Below the pieces are notes generated by a model. It had not been told where the DNA came from. It saw nothing but the letters and a program-made list of their open reading frames with translations, and searched no databases. The translations under genes were made by a program, and so were the position numbers. A DNA stretch of 39,413 nt from Fidelibacterota bacterium. GTDB taxonomy: Bacteria; Fidelibacterota; Marinisomatia; Marinisomatales; UBA1611. The stretch is from assembly GCA_018674095.1 (NCBI GenBank), contig JABHAX010000055.1:1-39413 (forward strand), written 5' to 3'. Positions 1 to 8,716 of the stretch are shown piece after piece; position 1 is the first letter of the stretch, and each line of letters opens with the position of its first letter.

Positions 1-1407
1 ACAAATCATGGTTCATTATCTGATAGAATTATGAGTCGTTATGGCGATACGCCTTTGGGAATGGTAGAGTCAGCTATGGAATTTTTAAGAATAGCTGAAG
101 ATGAAAATTATCATAATATTATTTTATCTATGAAGGCAAGTAATACACAAGTCATGGTTCAAGCGTATCGATTACTGGTGAAAACAATGAACGATGAGAC
201 TATGAATTACCCCCTTCATTTAGGCGTTACAGAAGCTGGAGATGGAGAAGATGGTCGAATCAAATCTGCCGTTGGAATTGGGTCACTTTTGGAAGACGGA
301 TTAGGTGATACAATTCGAGTATCATTAACGGAAGAACCAGAAGCAGAAATCCCTGTGGCTAAAGACTTGGTTGGCCGGTATGTTAACCGAGAAAAACATA
401 GTCCAATCCAACCCATAGAAAATCTAAGATTTGATCCATTTTTCAGACAACGAAGAGAGACAAATTCAATCTTAAATATTGGCGGTGAAAACGTCCCGAT
501 TGTCATTGGGGATCTTTCAAATAATGATTCTATTCAGCCAGAAGATTTAACTTCATTTGGGTATCTGTATTCTGAATCACAAGATAAATGGCATATATCT
601 GACCAAGCTATTGATCTTTTATTTATCGGACAAAATTCTATTGAATTTAAAATTCCCGGGACTTTATCTATTCTTCAAAGCTCGGATTCATTTGAAAAGA
701 AGGAGCGACATTATCCTTTATTTGATTCTAAGAATGTTCAAAATATTAGAGGTAAACAAATCTCATTTTTTTTGATTAATTCAATTGAGAAATTGGTTAA
801 TCTTAAAAATCTAAAAAATATAATATTAATTTTAGAAACAAATAATGATCATGGTCTTGCTGATCAACGAAGATTTTTTATTGTATGTTCAGCGTTGGGA
901 ATCCAAAATCCAATTATTGTAAAACGGTCTTATTCAACGAGCTCAGAAAATGAATTACTCCTTTATTCTGCAACAGATTTAGGCGGGTTACAACTAGATG
1001 GGTTTGGCGATGGAATTTGGGTTGATAGCGATCTAAATCCTAGTTTTGTCAACGAAACATCTTTTGGTATTCTGCAGGCTAGTCGATCTCGAATATCTAA
1101 AACTGAATACATTTCATGTCCATCTTGCGGAAGGACCTTATTTGATCTACAAGAAACAACGGCCAAAATCCGTGCTCGGACTCATCACCTGAAAGGTTTA
1201 AAAATAGGAATAATGGGGTGTATCGTAAATGGACCCGGTGAAATGGCGGATGCAGATTATGGGTATGTGGGGACTGGCATCAGTAAAATCTCTCTCTATA
1301 AAGGCCAAGAAATTGTTGAGAAAAATATTTCTGAAACAGATGCTGTAGATGCGCTTATATCTTTAATTATGTCCCATGGAGATTGGGTAGATCCTGTAGA
1401 TGTTTAG
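1..1407 (+). CDS. ispG: 4-hydroxy-3-methylbut-2-en-1-yl diphosphate synthase (IspG/GcpE), long form, 5'-partial
   Basis: Frame 1 is open from base 1 (TNHGSLSDRIMSRYGDTP...), so the gene is cut by the window edge. It carries IspG signatures LHLGVTEAGDGEDGRIKSA, CPSCGRTLFDL and GCIVNGPGEMADADYGY. A large insertion between the barrel and the Fe-S domain indicates the long A*-domain form. Confidence 0.9.
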   Translation, partial: TNHGSLSDRIMSRYGDTPLGMVESAMEFLRIAEDENYHNIILSMKASNTQVMVQAYRLLVKTMNDETMNYPLHLGVTEAGDGEDGRIKSAVGIGSLLEDGLGDTIRVSLTEEPEAEIPVAKDLVGRYVNREKHSPIQPIENLRFDPFFRQRRETNSILNIGGENVPIVIGDLSNNDSIQPEDLTSFGYLYSESQDKWHISDQAIDLLFIGQNSIEFKIPGTLSILQSSDSFEKKERHYPLFDSKNVQNIRGKQISFFLINSIEKLVNLKNLKNIILILETNNDHGLADQRRFFIVCSALGIQNPIIVKRSYSTSSENELLLYSATDLGGLQLDGFGDGIWVDSDLNPSFVNETSFGILQASRSRISKTEYISCPSCGRTLFDLQETTAKIRARTHHLKGLKIGIMGCIVNGPGEMADADYGYVGTGISKISLYKGQEIVEKNISETDAVDALISLIMSHGDWVDPVDV

Positions 1408-1481
1408 CATTGTTCATCCCTTGTGTAGAATCGTATTATTCACCTAATTAAATCATTCAAGATGCTGGAAAAGATACCCTT

Positions 1482-1907
1482 ATGAAAAAACTAATCCCAA
1501 TTCTCCTCACATCATTTCTATGCGCACAAAGTGGGCTATCACCTGTTGTTGCTTATTGGAAAACTTTAAATTCGTCTGAAAAAGAAACTTTTTTATTTTC
1601 CTATTTGACCCAAGTTTATGAGACGCACACAGAATTAAAAAACTCTGTGGGATATGGTGGGTTTACTGAATGGTATTATAATAATCGTGCCGAATTGGTT
1701 TACGGCATTTTTGATAAATTAGAAGATATTAAACTGAGTGACCTTTCTAAATGGGTTGACGAATTTTATTCATATGGTGAATATGCTAATAAGCCATTTT
1801 TTGAAGCATTAGAATTTGCGTATCGCTTTGCCGATGCTGAAGGAGGCTCCATGTATGAAAAATACGAAAATCTCAAATTTGAACAAATTAAACCCAAGAG
1901 CGATTAA
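1482..1907 (+). CDS. hypothetical exported protein (141 aa)
   Basis: ATG start and an N-terminal signal-like segment (MKKLIPILLTSFLCAQ). It sits between ispG and comM on the same strand. I recognise no family. Confidence 0.55.
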   Translation: MKKLIPILLTSFLCAQSGLSPVVAYWKTLNSSEKETFLFSYLTQVYETHTELKNSVGYGGFTEWYYNNRAELVYGIFDKLEDIKLSDLSKWVDEFYSYGEYANKPFFEALEFAYRFADAEGGSMYEKYENLKFEQIKPKSD

Positions 1908-2098
1908 TGTCTTTTCGTCATCCAAAATTTTTACAAAATTGGTTGAAATTATATCGTGATGGTGGTTTTTTATATTTATTAAAAGAAAAAGGCTTTGTCG
2001 TTTTGGTAAGTTTCTTTTTATTTTACCTTATTCGAGATTCCATTTTATATATCGTTATTCCTTATTTAGCTTATTCAAATATTAGTTCCTGTTCCTGA
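1907..2098 (+). CDS. hypothetical small membrane protein (63 aa)
   Basis: Its ATG overlaps the upstream TAA by 1 nt (TAATG). One hydrophobic stretch ([27 protein letters not shown]). The next gene starts 1 nt after its stop. I recognise no family. Confidence 0.4.
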   Translation: MSFRHPKFLQNWLKLYRDGGFLYLLKEKGFVVLVSFFLFYLIRDSILYIVIPYLAYSNISSCS

Positions 2099-2099
2099 A

Positions 2100-3641
2100 T
2101 TGAATTCCAAAGTCCTCAGTAGCGCCATTCTAGGAATCGATGCCTACATCGTTGAAGTGGAATGCCATATGACGGCAACTCAACTTCCCAAAATTATAAC
2201 GGTTGGACTTCCGGAAGGTGCAGTTAAAGAGAGTAAGGAACGTGTAAAAGCAGCGATTCGAAATAGTGGATTTTATTTACCAGGCAAACGAATTACTATC
2301 AATCTTGCCCCTGCGGATATTCGTAAGGAGGGCGCAACCTTTGATCTCCCAATTGCAGTTGGCTTACTCGCAGCATTAGGAGATATTGATAAACAATATT
2401 TAGATAAGTTATTAATTATGGGTGAACTAGCATTGGATGGGGCATTACGTCCGATCCAAGGAGTACTCCCTATTGCACTTTGTGCTAAGGAAAATGGAAT
2501 TCCCGGTATAATTGTCCCGGAAGAGAATGCAAAAGAAGCATCTGTAGTAGAAGGTGTAAAAGTTGCAGGCGCTTCAACCTTGAGTGAAGTGGCCCAAATT
2601 TTGAATGGCGAGTTAGAAAAAGAAGCTATTACAACGGATCTTGATTCTCATTTTAAACATCAAAACCAATATCAACGAGATTTTTCGGATGTGAAAGGAC
2701 AAGAGCAAGTTAAACGAGCTTTAGAAGTTTCTGCAGCAGGTGGACATAATGTGATTATGGTGGGGCCGCCAGGAAGTGGAAAAACCATGCTCTCAAAACG
2801 AATCCCGTCTATTTTACCAAACCTCACACTTGACGAAGCATTGGAAACGACGAAAATTCATTCAGTGGCGGGCGTATTAAAACAAAAGCATGGCTTAGTG
2901 GGGCTTCGACCTTTTCGATCGCCTCATCATACAATTTCTGATGCTGGATTAATTGGTGGAGGTGCTATTCCAAAACCAGGTGAAGTAAGTTTGGCTCACC
3001 ATGGTGTATTATTTTTAGACGAACTCCCGGAATTCAAAAAAAATGTTTTAGAAGTGATGAGGCAACCTTTAGAAGATGGCGTTGTTACCATTGCACGAGC
3101 AGCGTTGAGTTTAACTTATCCTGCACAATTTATGCTTGTAGCAGCTATGAATCCTTGTCCATGCGGTTATGCTACGGATTCAAATAATGATTGTGCATGC
3201 TCGTCTCAAATGATTCAGAAATATATGAGCCGAATTTCTGGGCCCCTTATGGATAGAATTGATATTCATATTGAAGTGCCTGCTGTTCCATTTCATCAAT
3301 TATCCGAAAAGGCAGATGGAGAATCTTCGGAACCGATTCAATTAAGGGTTCAAGAGGCAAGAGAAGTACAATTATCCAGATTTAAAAAATCAGATAATTT
3401 ATTCGCGAATGCTCAAATGGAAAGTCGAGATTTAAAAATCCATTGTGGGTTAGATCGTGAATCAGGGGAACTCCTAAAAACAGCTATGGATAAACTGGGT
3501 TTATCCGCCAGAGCTTATGACCGAATTTTAAAAGTATCCCGAACCATTGCTGATTTGGATAAGAAAGAAAAAATTGATTCAGGACATATCAGTGAAGCGA
3601 TTCAGTACCGTAGTTTAGATCGGCAATTGTGGTTGGGGTAA
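2100..3641 (+). CDS. comM: YifB/ComM family Mg-chelatase-like AAA+ ATPase
   Basis: N-terminal Lon-like domain ([28 protein letters not shown]), Walker [19 protein letters not shown], and a C-terminal [17 protein letters not shown] helix. TTG start. Confidence 0.9.
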   Translation: MNSKVLSSAILGIDAYIVEVECHMTATQLPKIITVGLPEGAVKESKERVKAAIRNSGFYLPGKRITINLAPADIRKEGATFDLPIAVGLLAALGDIDKQYLDKLLIMGELALDGALRPIQGVLPIALCAKENGIPGIIVPEENAKEASVVEGVKVAGASTLSEVAQILNGELEKEAITTDLDSHFKHQNQYQRDFSDVKGQEQVKRALEVSAAGGHNVIMVGPPGSGKTMLSKRIPSILPNLTLDEALETTKIHSVAGVLKQKHGLVGLRPFRSPHHTISDAGLIGGGAIPKPGEVSLAHHGVLFLDELPEFKKNVLEVMRQPLEDGVVTIARAALSLTYPAQFMLVAAMNPCPCGYATDSNNDCACSSQMIQKYMSRISGPLMDRIDIHIEVPAVPFHQLSEKADGESSEPIQLRVQEAREVQLSRFKKSDNLFANAQMESRDLKIHCGLDRESGELLKTAMDKLGLSARAYDRILKVSRTIADLDKKEKIDSGHISEAIQYRSLDRQLWLG

Positions 3642-3737
3642 GCCTTTTATCTTTTTAAAATAATTTGGCAAGTCTGTCATCCTGATTCATTGTATTTTAT
3701 AGATATGATTTTCTCCCAATTTATTATTATTTCTTAA

Positions 3738-4097
3738 ATGGATAAAGTACGCATATTAAACCTGAAGATTCCTGCGCGTCACGGCGTGTATGAATTTGAA
3801 AAAGACAAAGACGGCTTATTTGAGCTGGATGTTGAAATGTTTACAAATCTTTCTGCTGCAGGAAAATCAGACGACTTGAAAGACACCATTAATTACGACG
3901 AGGCCGTGTCTGTTATAACGGATATTTTTACCGAAAAAGATTATCATTTGATTGAAGCAGTGGGCGATTCAATCTGTCAAAAATTATTATCGGATTTCCC
4001 AATTCAAAAAGTGGTTTTAAAGATCCGAAAACCTCATGCACCTATCATGGCAAATCTGGATTCAGTAGAAGTAGAATTGGTTAGGGAGAAACTATGA
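3738..4097 (+). CDS. folB: dihydroneopterin aldolase
   Basis: 119 aa with a FolB-like pattern (GVYEFEKDKDGLFELDVEM, INYDEAVSVI). Overlaps folK by 4 nt (ATGA). Confidence 0.8.
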   Translation: MDKVRILNLKIPARHGVYEFEKDKDGLFELDVEMFTNLSAAGKSDDLKDTINYDEAVSVITDIFTEKDYHLIEAVGDSICQKLLSDFPIQKVVLKIRKPHAPIMANLDSVEVELVREKL

Positions 4098-4603
4098 AAC
4101 CTGTGACAGCGTATCTATCTCTGGGTTCCAATGTGGGCGACCGTGATTCAAACCTTGCCCAAGCGACAATGGCACTGTCTATTAATTTTAATATTTCTGA
4201 TATTGAATCGTCAACATATTATGAAACGGAACCTCTGTATAAATTGGATCAACCGCCTTTTCTTAATGCTGTGGTAAAATGTTCCACAACGCTCAAACCT
4301 TTTGATTTATTGGATGTGACTAAACAGATTGAGAAAATGTTGGGACGGTCAGAAAAAAGAGAGAAAAATTCCCCTCGTATCATCGATATTGATATTTTAT
4401 TTCATGGAGATGCTTTTATAGAAACGGATGAATTGATGATTCCTCATCCTATGTTGGGGATGCGAAAATTTGTATTAATTCCATTTGCTGAATTAGCCCC
4501 AGACTTTAAAATTCCACATTCAAAAATCACAATAAATGATCTTCTTGATCATTGTATTGACACATCAACTGTTACACGTCACCCAATTGAGACACAAGCT
4601 TGA
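4094..4603 (+). CDS. folK: 2-amino-4-hydroxy-6-hydroxymethyldihydropteridine pyrophosphokinase (HPPK)
   Basis: AYLSLGSNVGDR, PFLNAVV, RIIDIDILF and PHPMLGMRKFVLIPFAEL are typical HPPK motifs. GGGAG Shine-Dalgarno upstream. Confidence 0.9.
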   Translation: MKPVTAYLSLGSNVGDRDSNLAQATMALSINFNISDIESSTYYETEPLYKLDQPPFLNAVVKCSTTLKPFDLLDVTKQIEKMLGRSEKREKNSPRIIDIDILFHGDAFIETDELMIPHPMLGMRKFVLIPFAELAPDFKIPHSKITINDLLDHCIDTSTVTRHPIETQA

Positions 4604-5241
4604 GAAATTTATATTATATTGCAATAGAAGGACCCATCGGTGTTGGAAAAACAAGTCTCGCAAATTTAATGGCGAAAGAATTGACCGCTCGACTCGTCCT
4701 CGAAGAATTCGACGAAAATCCATTTTTGCCTGATTTTTATAAAGATCCTGAACGCTATGCATTTCAAACTCAGCTTTTCTTTTTATTGCAGAGATATAGG
4801 CAGCAACAAGAATTGAGACAAGTAGATATGTTTCAAAAATTGCTTGTAACTGATTACATGTTCGTAAAGGATCGTTTGTTTGCTTCGCTGAATCTCAATG
4901 AGAAAGAAATGAGTTTATATGATACGGTAGCTAATTTTTTGGAACGAAATATTATTAAACCTGATTTGGTCATTTACCTTCAAGCGGATACGGAAACGCT
5001 CATGAAAAATATTTCCAATCGAGGACGATCAATGGAAACAGAAATTACCTACGAGTATATTGATGCCCTAAGTCAGGTTTATACTGAGTACTTTTTTCGA
5101 TATCAGGATACGCCTTTGGTCATCATCAATACCAATAATATAGATTTTGTCCACAATGAAGAGGATTTAAAAGAAGTAATAAAATATATTCGTCAACCTG
5201 TATCGGGTACAAAATTTTTCAATCCGGTTTCAGAGGTATAA
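4600..5241 (+). CDS. deoxynucleoside kinase (dAK/dGK/dCK family)
   Basis: P-loop IAIEGPIGVGKTS, LEEFDENPFLPDFYKDPERYAFQTQLFFLLQRY, and lid NRGRSME. Its TTG start overlaps the folK stop (TTGA). Confidence 0.85.
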   Translation: MRNLYYIAIEGPIGVGKTSLANLMAKELTARLVLEEFDENPFLPDFYKDPERYAFQTQLFFLLQRYRQQQELRQVDMFQKLLVTDYMFVKDRLFASLNLNEKEMSLYDTVANFLERNIIKPDLVIYLQADTETLMKNISNRGRSMETEITYEYIDALSQVYTEYFFRYQDTPLVIINTNNIDFVHNEEDLKEVIKYIRQPVSGTKFFNPVSEV

Positions 5242-5244
5242 TTT

Positions 5245-5424
5245 ATGAAATGGCTCCTTTTAGGGATGATCATTTATTTTGTATATAAATCCGCAGGACC
5301 CTTTTTTTCTATTTTTAAAATCAATCAATCCATGAGAGTAAAACAACGTAAAACAGATATTCGAACAAAAATAAAAAAAATGGATATTCAAGATGCAGAG
5401 TTTGAGGAAGAAAAAAATGAATAA
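5245..5424 (+). CDS. small membrane-anchored protein, 59 aa (below the ORF-track cutoff)
   Basis: My translation is MKWLLLGMIIYFVYKSAGPFFSIFKINQSMRVKQRKTDIRTKIKKMDIQDAEFEEEKNE*. It has an N-terminal TM helix, a basic middle and an acidic tail. It starts 3 nt after the dNK stop, and its end overlaps the DoxX ATG by 8 nt (ATGAATAA). The layout is reminiscent of DUF4834-type small proteins, but that assignment is tentative. Confidence 0.45.
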   Translation: MKWLLLGMIIYFVYKSAGPFFSIFKINQSMRVKQRKTDIRTKIKKMDIQDAEFEEEKNE

Positions 5425-5851
5425 ATTAAAATTAATTTTATCGAACCAATCCTTATTTGAAGATTCCAAGGATTGGGCTCTACTCGTATTACGGGTGATT
5501 CCGTCTTTTTATTTATTTTTTTACCACGGCATGGGAAAGATTACCGCTGGCACAGAAACGTGGGCATGGTTAGGCGGGGCAGTCCTAGGCATTGTCGGAA
5601 TTTCTTTTGGTCATATATTATTTGGATTTCTTGCTGCTGTGAGTGAAGGCGTTTTAACGCTTTTTGTATTAGTAGGTTTAAAAACAAGGCTTTCTTCCTT
5701 TTTTGTCATGATGACCATGTTCTTTGCTGGAGTATTTCATTTGTCTGGCGGTGAAAGTCCAGAATCTGCCGTCATTTATTTTGCAGTTTATTTTACAATT
5801 TTCTTACGTGGACCGGGAAAATTTAGTATGGACACAAAGTTGAATTTATGA
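5417..5851 (+). CDS. DoxX family membrane protein
   Basis: WALLVLRVIPSFYLFFYHGMGKI plus 3-4 TM helices. I prefer the ATG at 5417 (MNKLKL...) over the track start at 5393, which lies inside the upstream small ORF. Confidence 0.7.
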   Translation: MNKLKLILSNQSLFEDSKDWALLVLRVIPSFYLFFYHGMGKITAGTETWAWLGGAVLGIVGISFGHILFGFLAAVSEGVLTLFVLVGLKTRLSSFFVMMTMFFAGVFHLSGGESPESAVIYFAVYFTIFLRGPGKFSMDTKLNL

Positions 5852-6873
5852 AAGCTATTCAAATCCACGAACATGGTGGTTTAGATGTTTTAAAGTTGGA
5901 AAATATTTCATGTCCTTCACCCGCAAAAGGACAAGTATTGGTTGATGTGAAAGCAACATCATTGAATCATTTAGATATTTGGGTTCGGAAAGGAATCCCC
6001 GGTGTTCCTCTTCCATTAATTACCGGCAGTGATGCTTCGGGAGTTATTTCAGTCGTGGGAGAAAATGTTGACGAATCTCGAATCGGTGAAAAAGTAATGA
6101 TACAACCGCTGATTTATTGTGGAACGTGTAAAACCTGTTTGAGTGGGAAAGAAAATCTGTGTAAATCCTTGGGCATCATGGGAGAAAATGCCCAAGGTGT
6201 AAATGCTGAAAAAATTGCAATAGACTCAACGCAAGCTATCGTTTTTCCTGAAAATTTAGATTTTCATGAAGCTGCATCTTTCGCGTTGGTAGCACAAACA
6301 TCCTATCAAATGTTAATTAATCGAGCGAATCTTCAATCGGGTGAAACTGTAATGGTTTGGGGTGCAAGTTCCGGTGTTGGCAGTATGGCCATCCAAATCG
6401 CCAAAGCAAAAGGAGCCCACGTAATCGCCATTGCTGGAACGAATGAAAAATGTGGAAAAGCTCGTGAATTAGGTGCGGATGATGTTTTGAATTATCATTC
6501 AGATAATATGTTGGCACAAATACAATCGATTACTCAAGGTCATGGTGTAGATCTTGTTTTTGAACATGTTGGGGAAGCGACTTGGAATATTTCAATGAAA
6601 AGTTTGGCTCGAGGGGGGCGAGTGGTAACGTGTGGAGCAACAACCGGGTATAAAGCCAATTTGAATTTGACACATTTATTTTTTAAACAGCAATCCGTTT
6701 TGGGTTCAACAATGGGTTCAAAATCGGCTTTTGAAGGAGCAATGGAACTTTTAAAGGATGAGAAAATAAAACCCATAATTAATCGTAAATTTCCAATTGA
6801 TGAAATCCGAAATGCGCATGAATATTTAGAGTCAGGTGCCCAATTTGGAAAAGTAGTTTTATCCTATGAATAA
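5848..6873 (+). CDS. medium-chain dehydrogenase/reductase (quinone-oxidoreductase-like, retains the structural-Zn lobe)
   Basis: Rossmann motif GASSGVGSMAIQIAK and structural Zn motif CGTCKTCLSGKENLC. The catalytic Zn ligand positions read SLNHLD and GSDASG, so the ADH Cys and His are absent. Confidence 0.85.
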   Translation: MKAIQIHEHGGLDVLKLENISCPSPAKGQVLVDVKATSLNHLDIWVRKGIPGVPLPLITGSDASGVISVVGENVDESRIGEKVMIQPLIYCGTCKTCLSGKENLCKSLGIMGENAQGVNAEKIAIDSTQAIVFPENLDFHEAASFALVAQTSYQMLINRANLQSGETVMVWGASSGVGSMAIQIAKAKGAHVIAIAGTNEKCGKARELGADDVLNYHSDNMLAQIQSITQGHGVDLVFEHVGEATWNISMKSLARGGRVVTCGATTGYKANLNLTHLFFKQQSVLGSTMGSKSAFEGAMELLKDEKIKPIINRKFPIDEIRNAHEYLESGAQFGKVVLSYE

Positions 6874-7447
6874 ATTAATCACATTTCTTTTTCCCATTAT
6901 TTTATTTGGTCAATTTGATCAAGTCCAAAATGGTTTTGGATTGGATATTGGGTCAAGTGGATCTGGAATGTTCATCACTCGTCATTATATCCATGCTTCG
7001 GAAAAATTTGTATTAAATGGTGAGTTACGTTTTTACGATATAAAAGCTGAAGATGAAACGATTGTTTATGATTATTATTCAGGACAATATAAAACAATTG
7101 GCGGTAAAAGCCTTTTCATGTTGCCAGCGTTCATTGGTACAAATTATTATCCTTTTGTTGGTAAAATTGAAAACAACTTTTCCCCCTTTATAGCAGTAAA
7201 AGGCGGCGTGATTACAACGGTGGATGGTAAAGAATCCGGGACTTTTAGTGAAAGATGGAAAAATCCAATTCTCCAATTTTCACCGGGTGGATTTGTCGGG
7301 TGTGGAATCGATTTCAAGATGGTGGGGCAATCATCTGTTTCTGCCATGGTGGGATATGAAATATTGCATCTTAATAAGATAGCGGATGGAAAAAAAGATT
7401 ATTCCGGATTTTTAATCCACCTTTCATTTAATCGTCGCGCAAAGTGA
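6866..7447 (+). CDS. hypothetical small outer-membrane beta-barrel-like protein
   Basis: Signal-like N-terminus MNKLITFLFPIILFGQ, with alternating aromatic and Gly-rich strands. Overlaps both neighbours by 8 nt and 4 nt. No family recognised. Confidence 0.5.
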   Translation: MNKLITFLFPIILFGQFDQVQNGFGLDIGSSGSGMFITRHYIHASEKFVLNGELRFYDIKAEDETIVYDYYSGQYKTIGGKSLFMLPAFIGTNYYPFVGKIENNFSPFIAVKGGVITTVDGKESGTFSERWKNPILQFSPGGFVGCGIDFKMVGQSSVSAMVGYEILHLNKIADGKKDYSGFLIHLSFNRRAK

Positions 7448-8145
7448 TTCCGGACAAAGCGTTTTTTATAAATCCCAAAAATTTTAATGGGGACACTTTT
7501 TATTTAGATCAAGAAGAATCCATACACGCTACCCGTGTGCTACGATTAAAAATTGGAGATGATATTTGTTTGTTGAATGGAATTGGTACTGGATATTTTG
7601 GAAAAATAGATTCGCTAGAAACCCACGTATCCGGATCAATTTTAAAAACAATTGATGGTCTCGGTGAAAATCAAAATTCGATTACACTTGCAGCTGCACT
7701 TATCAAACGTGATCGATTTGAACTTTTACTAGAAAAATCCACTGAATTGGGTGTCAATGTAATTCAACCCCTGATTTTAGATAGAAGTGTTAAAAAAGAG
7801 TTGAATTTTAAACGATGTCAAAAATTGATCATTTCGGCTTCTAAACAATGTAGGCGAAGTCGGTTTCCCGATATGAAGAATCCTATTGCACTCTCAACAT
7901 TATTGAAAAATGGAAATCAGATTGTTTGTGCACGAATGAATGCTAAAAAATCACTGTCTGAATTATCATTTGATTCAACTCAAAATATTGTGGTGGTCAT
8001 TGGGCCTGAAGGTGATTTTTCGAAAAGTGAGATTGATCTAATAGATAATTCAAATGTACAGTGTTACCATTTAGGAGACAGACGACTTCGGGCGGAAACC
8101 GCAGCATTAAATTCCCTATCAATTTTGAATGAAATTTTAAACTAA
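7444..8145 (+). CDS. rsmE: 16S rRNA (uracil1498-N3)-methyltransferase
   Basis: HATRVLRLKIGD N-terminal PUA-like region and VVVIGPEGDFSKSEI SPOUT motif. GTG start overlaps the upstream stop (GTGA). Confidence 0.85.
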   Translation: MIPDKAFFINPKNFNGDTFYLDQEESIHATRVLRLKIGDDICLLNGIGTGYFGKIDSLETHVSGSILKTIDGLGENQNSITLAAALIKRDRFELLLEKSTELGVNVIQPLILDRSVKKELNFKRCQKLIISASKQCRRSRFPDMKNPIALSTLLKNGNQIVCARMNAKKSLSELSFDSTQNIVVVIGPEGDFSKSEIDLIDNSNVQCYHLGDRRLRAETAALNSLSILNEILN

Positions 8146-8238
8146 AAAAATAGCCGCGAAGGCCACGAAGCACTGCTGAAATATTAATTTCTCTCTTCGT
8201 GAACTTTAACGTCCTTTGTGGCAAAAAAAGGACCCATC

Positions 8239-8583
8239 ATGGACGATTGTTTATTTTGCAAAATTATCGTTGGAGATATTCCGGCAGATAAAGTATTTGA
8301 GACTGAAAGCATTCTTGCCTTTCGAGATATAAATCCGGTTGCACCTACTCATATTCTAATCATCCCCAAAATTCATATTCCGACTTTGAATGAATTGGAA
8401 GCGGAACACAATGAACTGGTGGGAGAAATGGTTCGAACTGCCGCTGAATTAGCCAAAAAAGAAGGAATTGCTGAAGCAGGTTATAGAACAGGTTTTAATT
8501 GTAATGAAGCTGGCGGACAAACCGTTTATCATGTTCATTTGCATTTAATGGGTGGGCGAGAATTTGGATGGCCGCCTGGCTAA
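8239..8583 (+). CDS. HIT-family (histidine triad) nucleotide-binding protein
   Basis: MDDCLFCKII N-terminus and histidine triad HVHLHLMGG. I prefer the ATG at 8239 to the GTG at 8218. Confidence 0.9.
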   Translation: MDDCLFCKIIVGDIPADKVFETESILAFRDINPVAPTHILIIPKIHIPTLNELEAEHNELVGEMVRTAAELAKKEGIAEAGYRTGFNCNEAGGQTVYHVHLHLMGGREFGWPPG

Positions 8584-8716
8584 ATGAGTATGCCATCATT
8601 CACAATTTTGTTTAGTTATATTAGAATCTTAATATAGAAGAGACGAGGTGCAATCTCCTTATAGAAAACTGGATGTAAATCCTGTAACTTCACCGTCCAC
8701 ATTCTAACCAGCACTC

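Noticed and set aside
5260-5469. A 69-aa minus-strand ORF in the dNK-DoxX gap.
   Set aside because: It is antisense to a better-supported plus-strand 59-aa ORF that is tightly coupled to both neighbours. Its sequence is Phe/Asn/Ile-rich, as expected from AT-rich antisense DNA.
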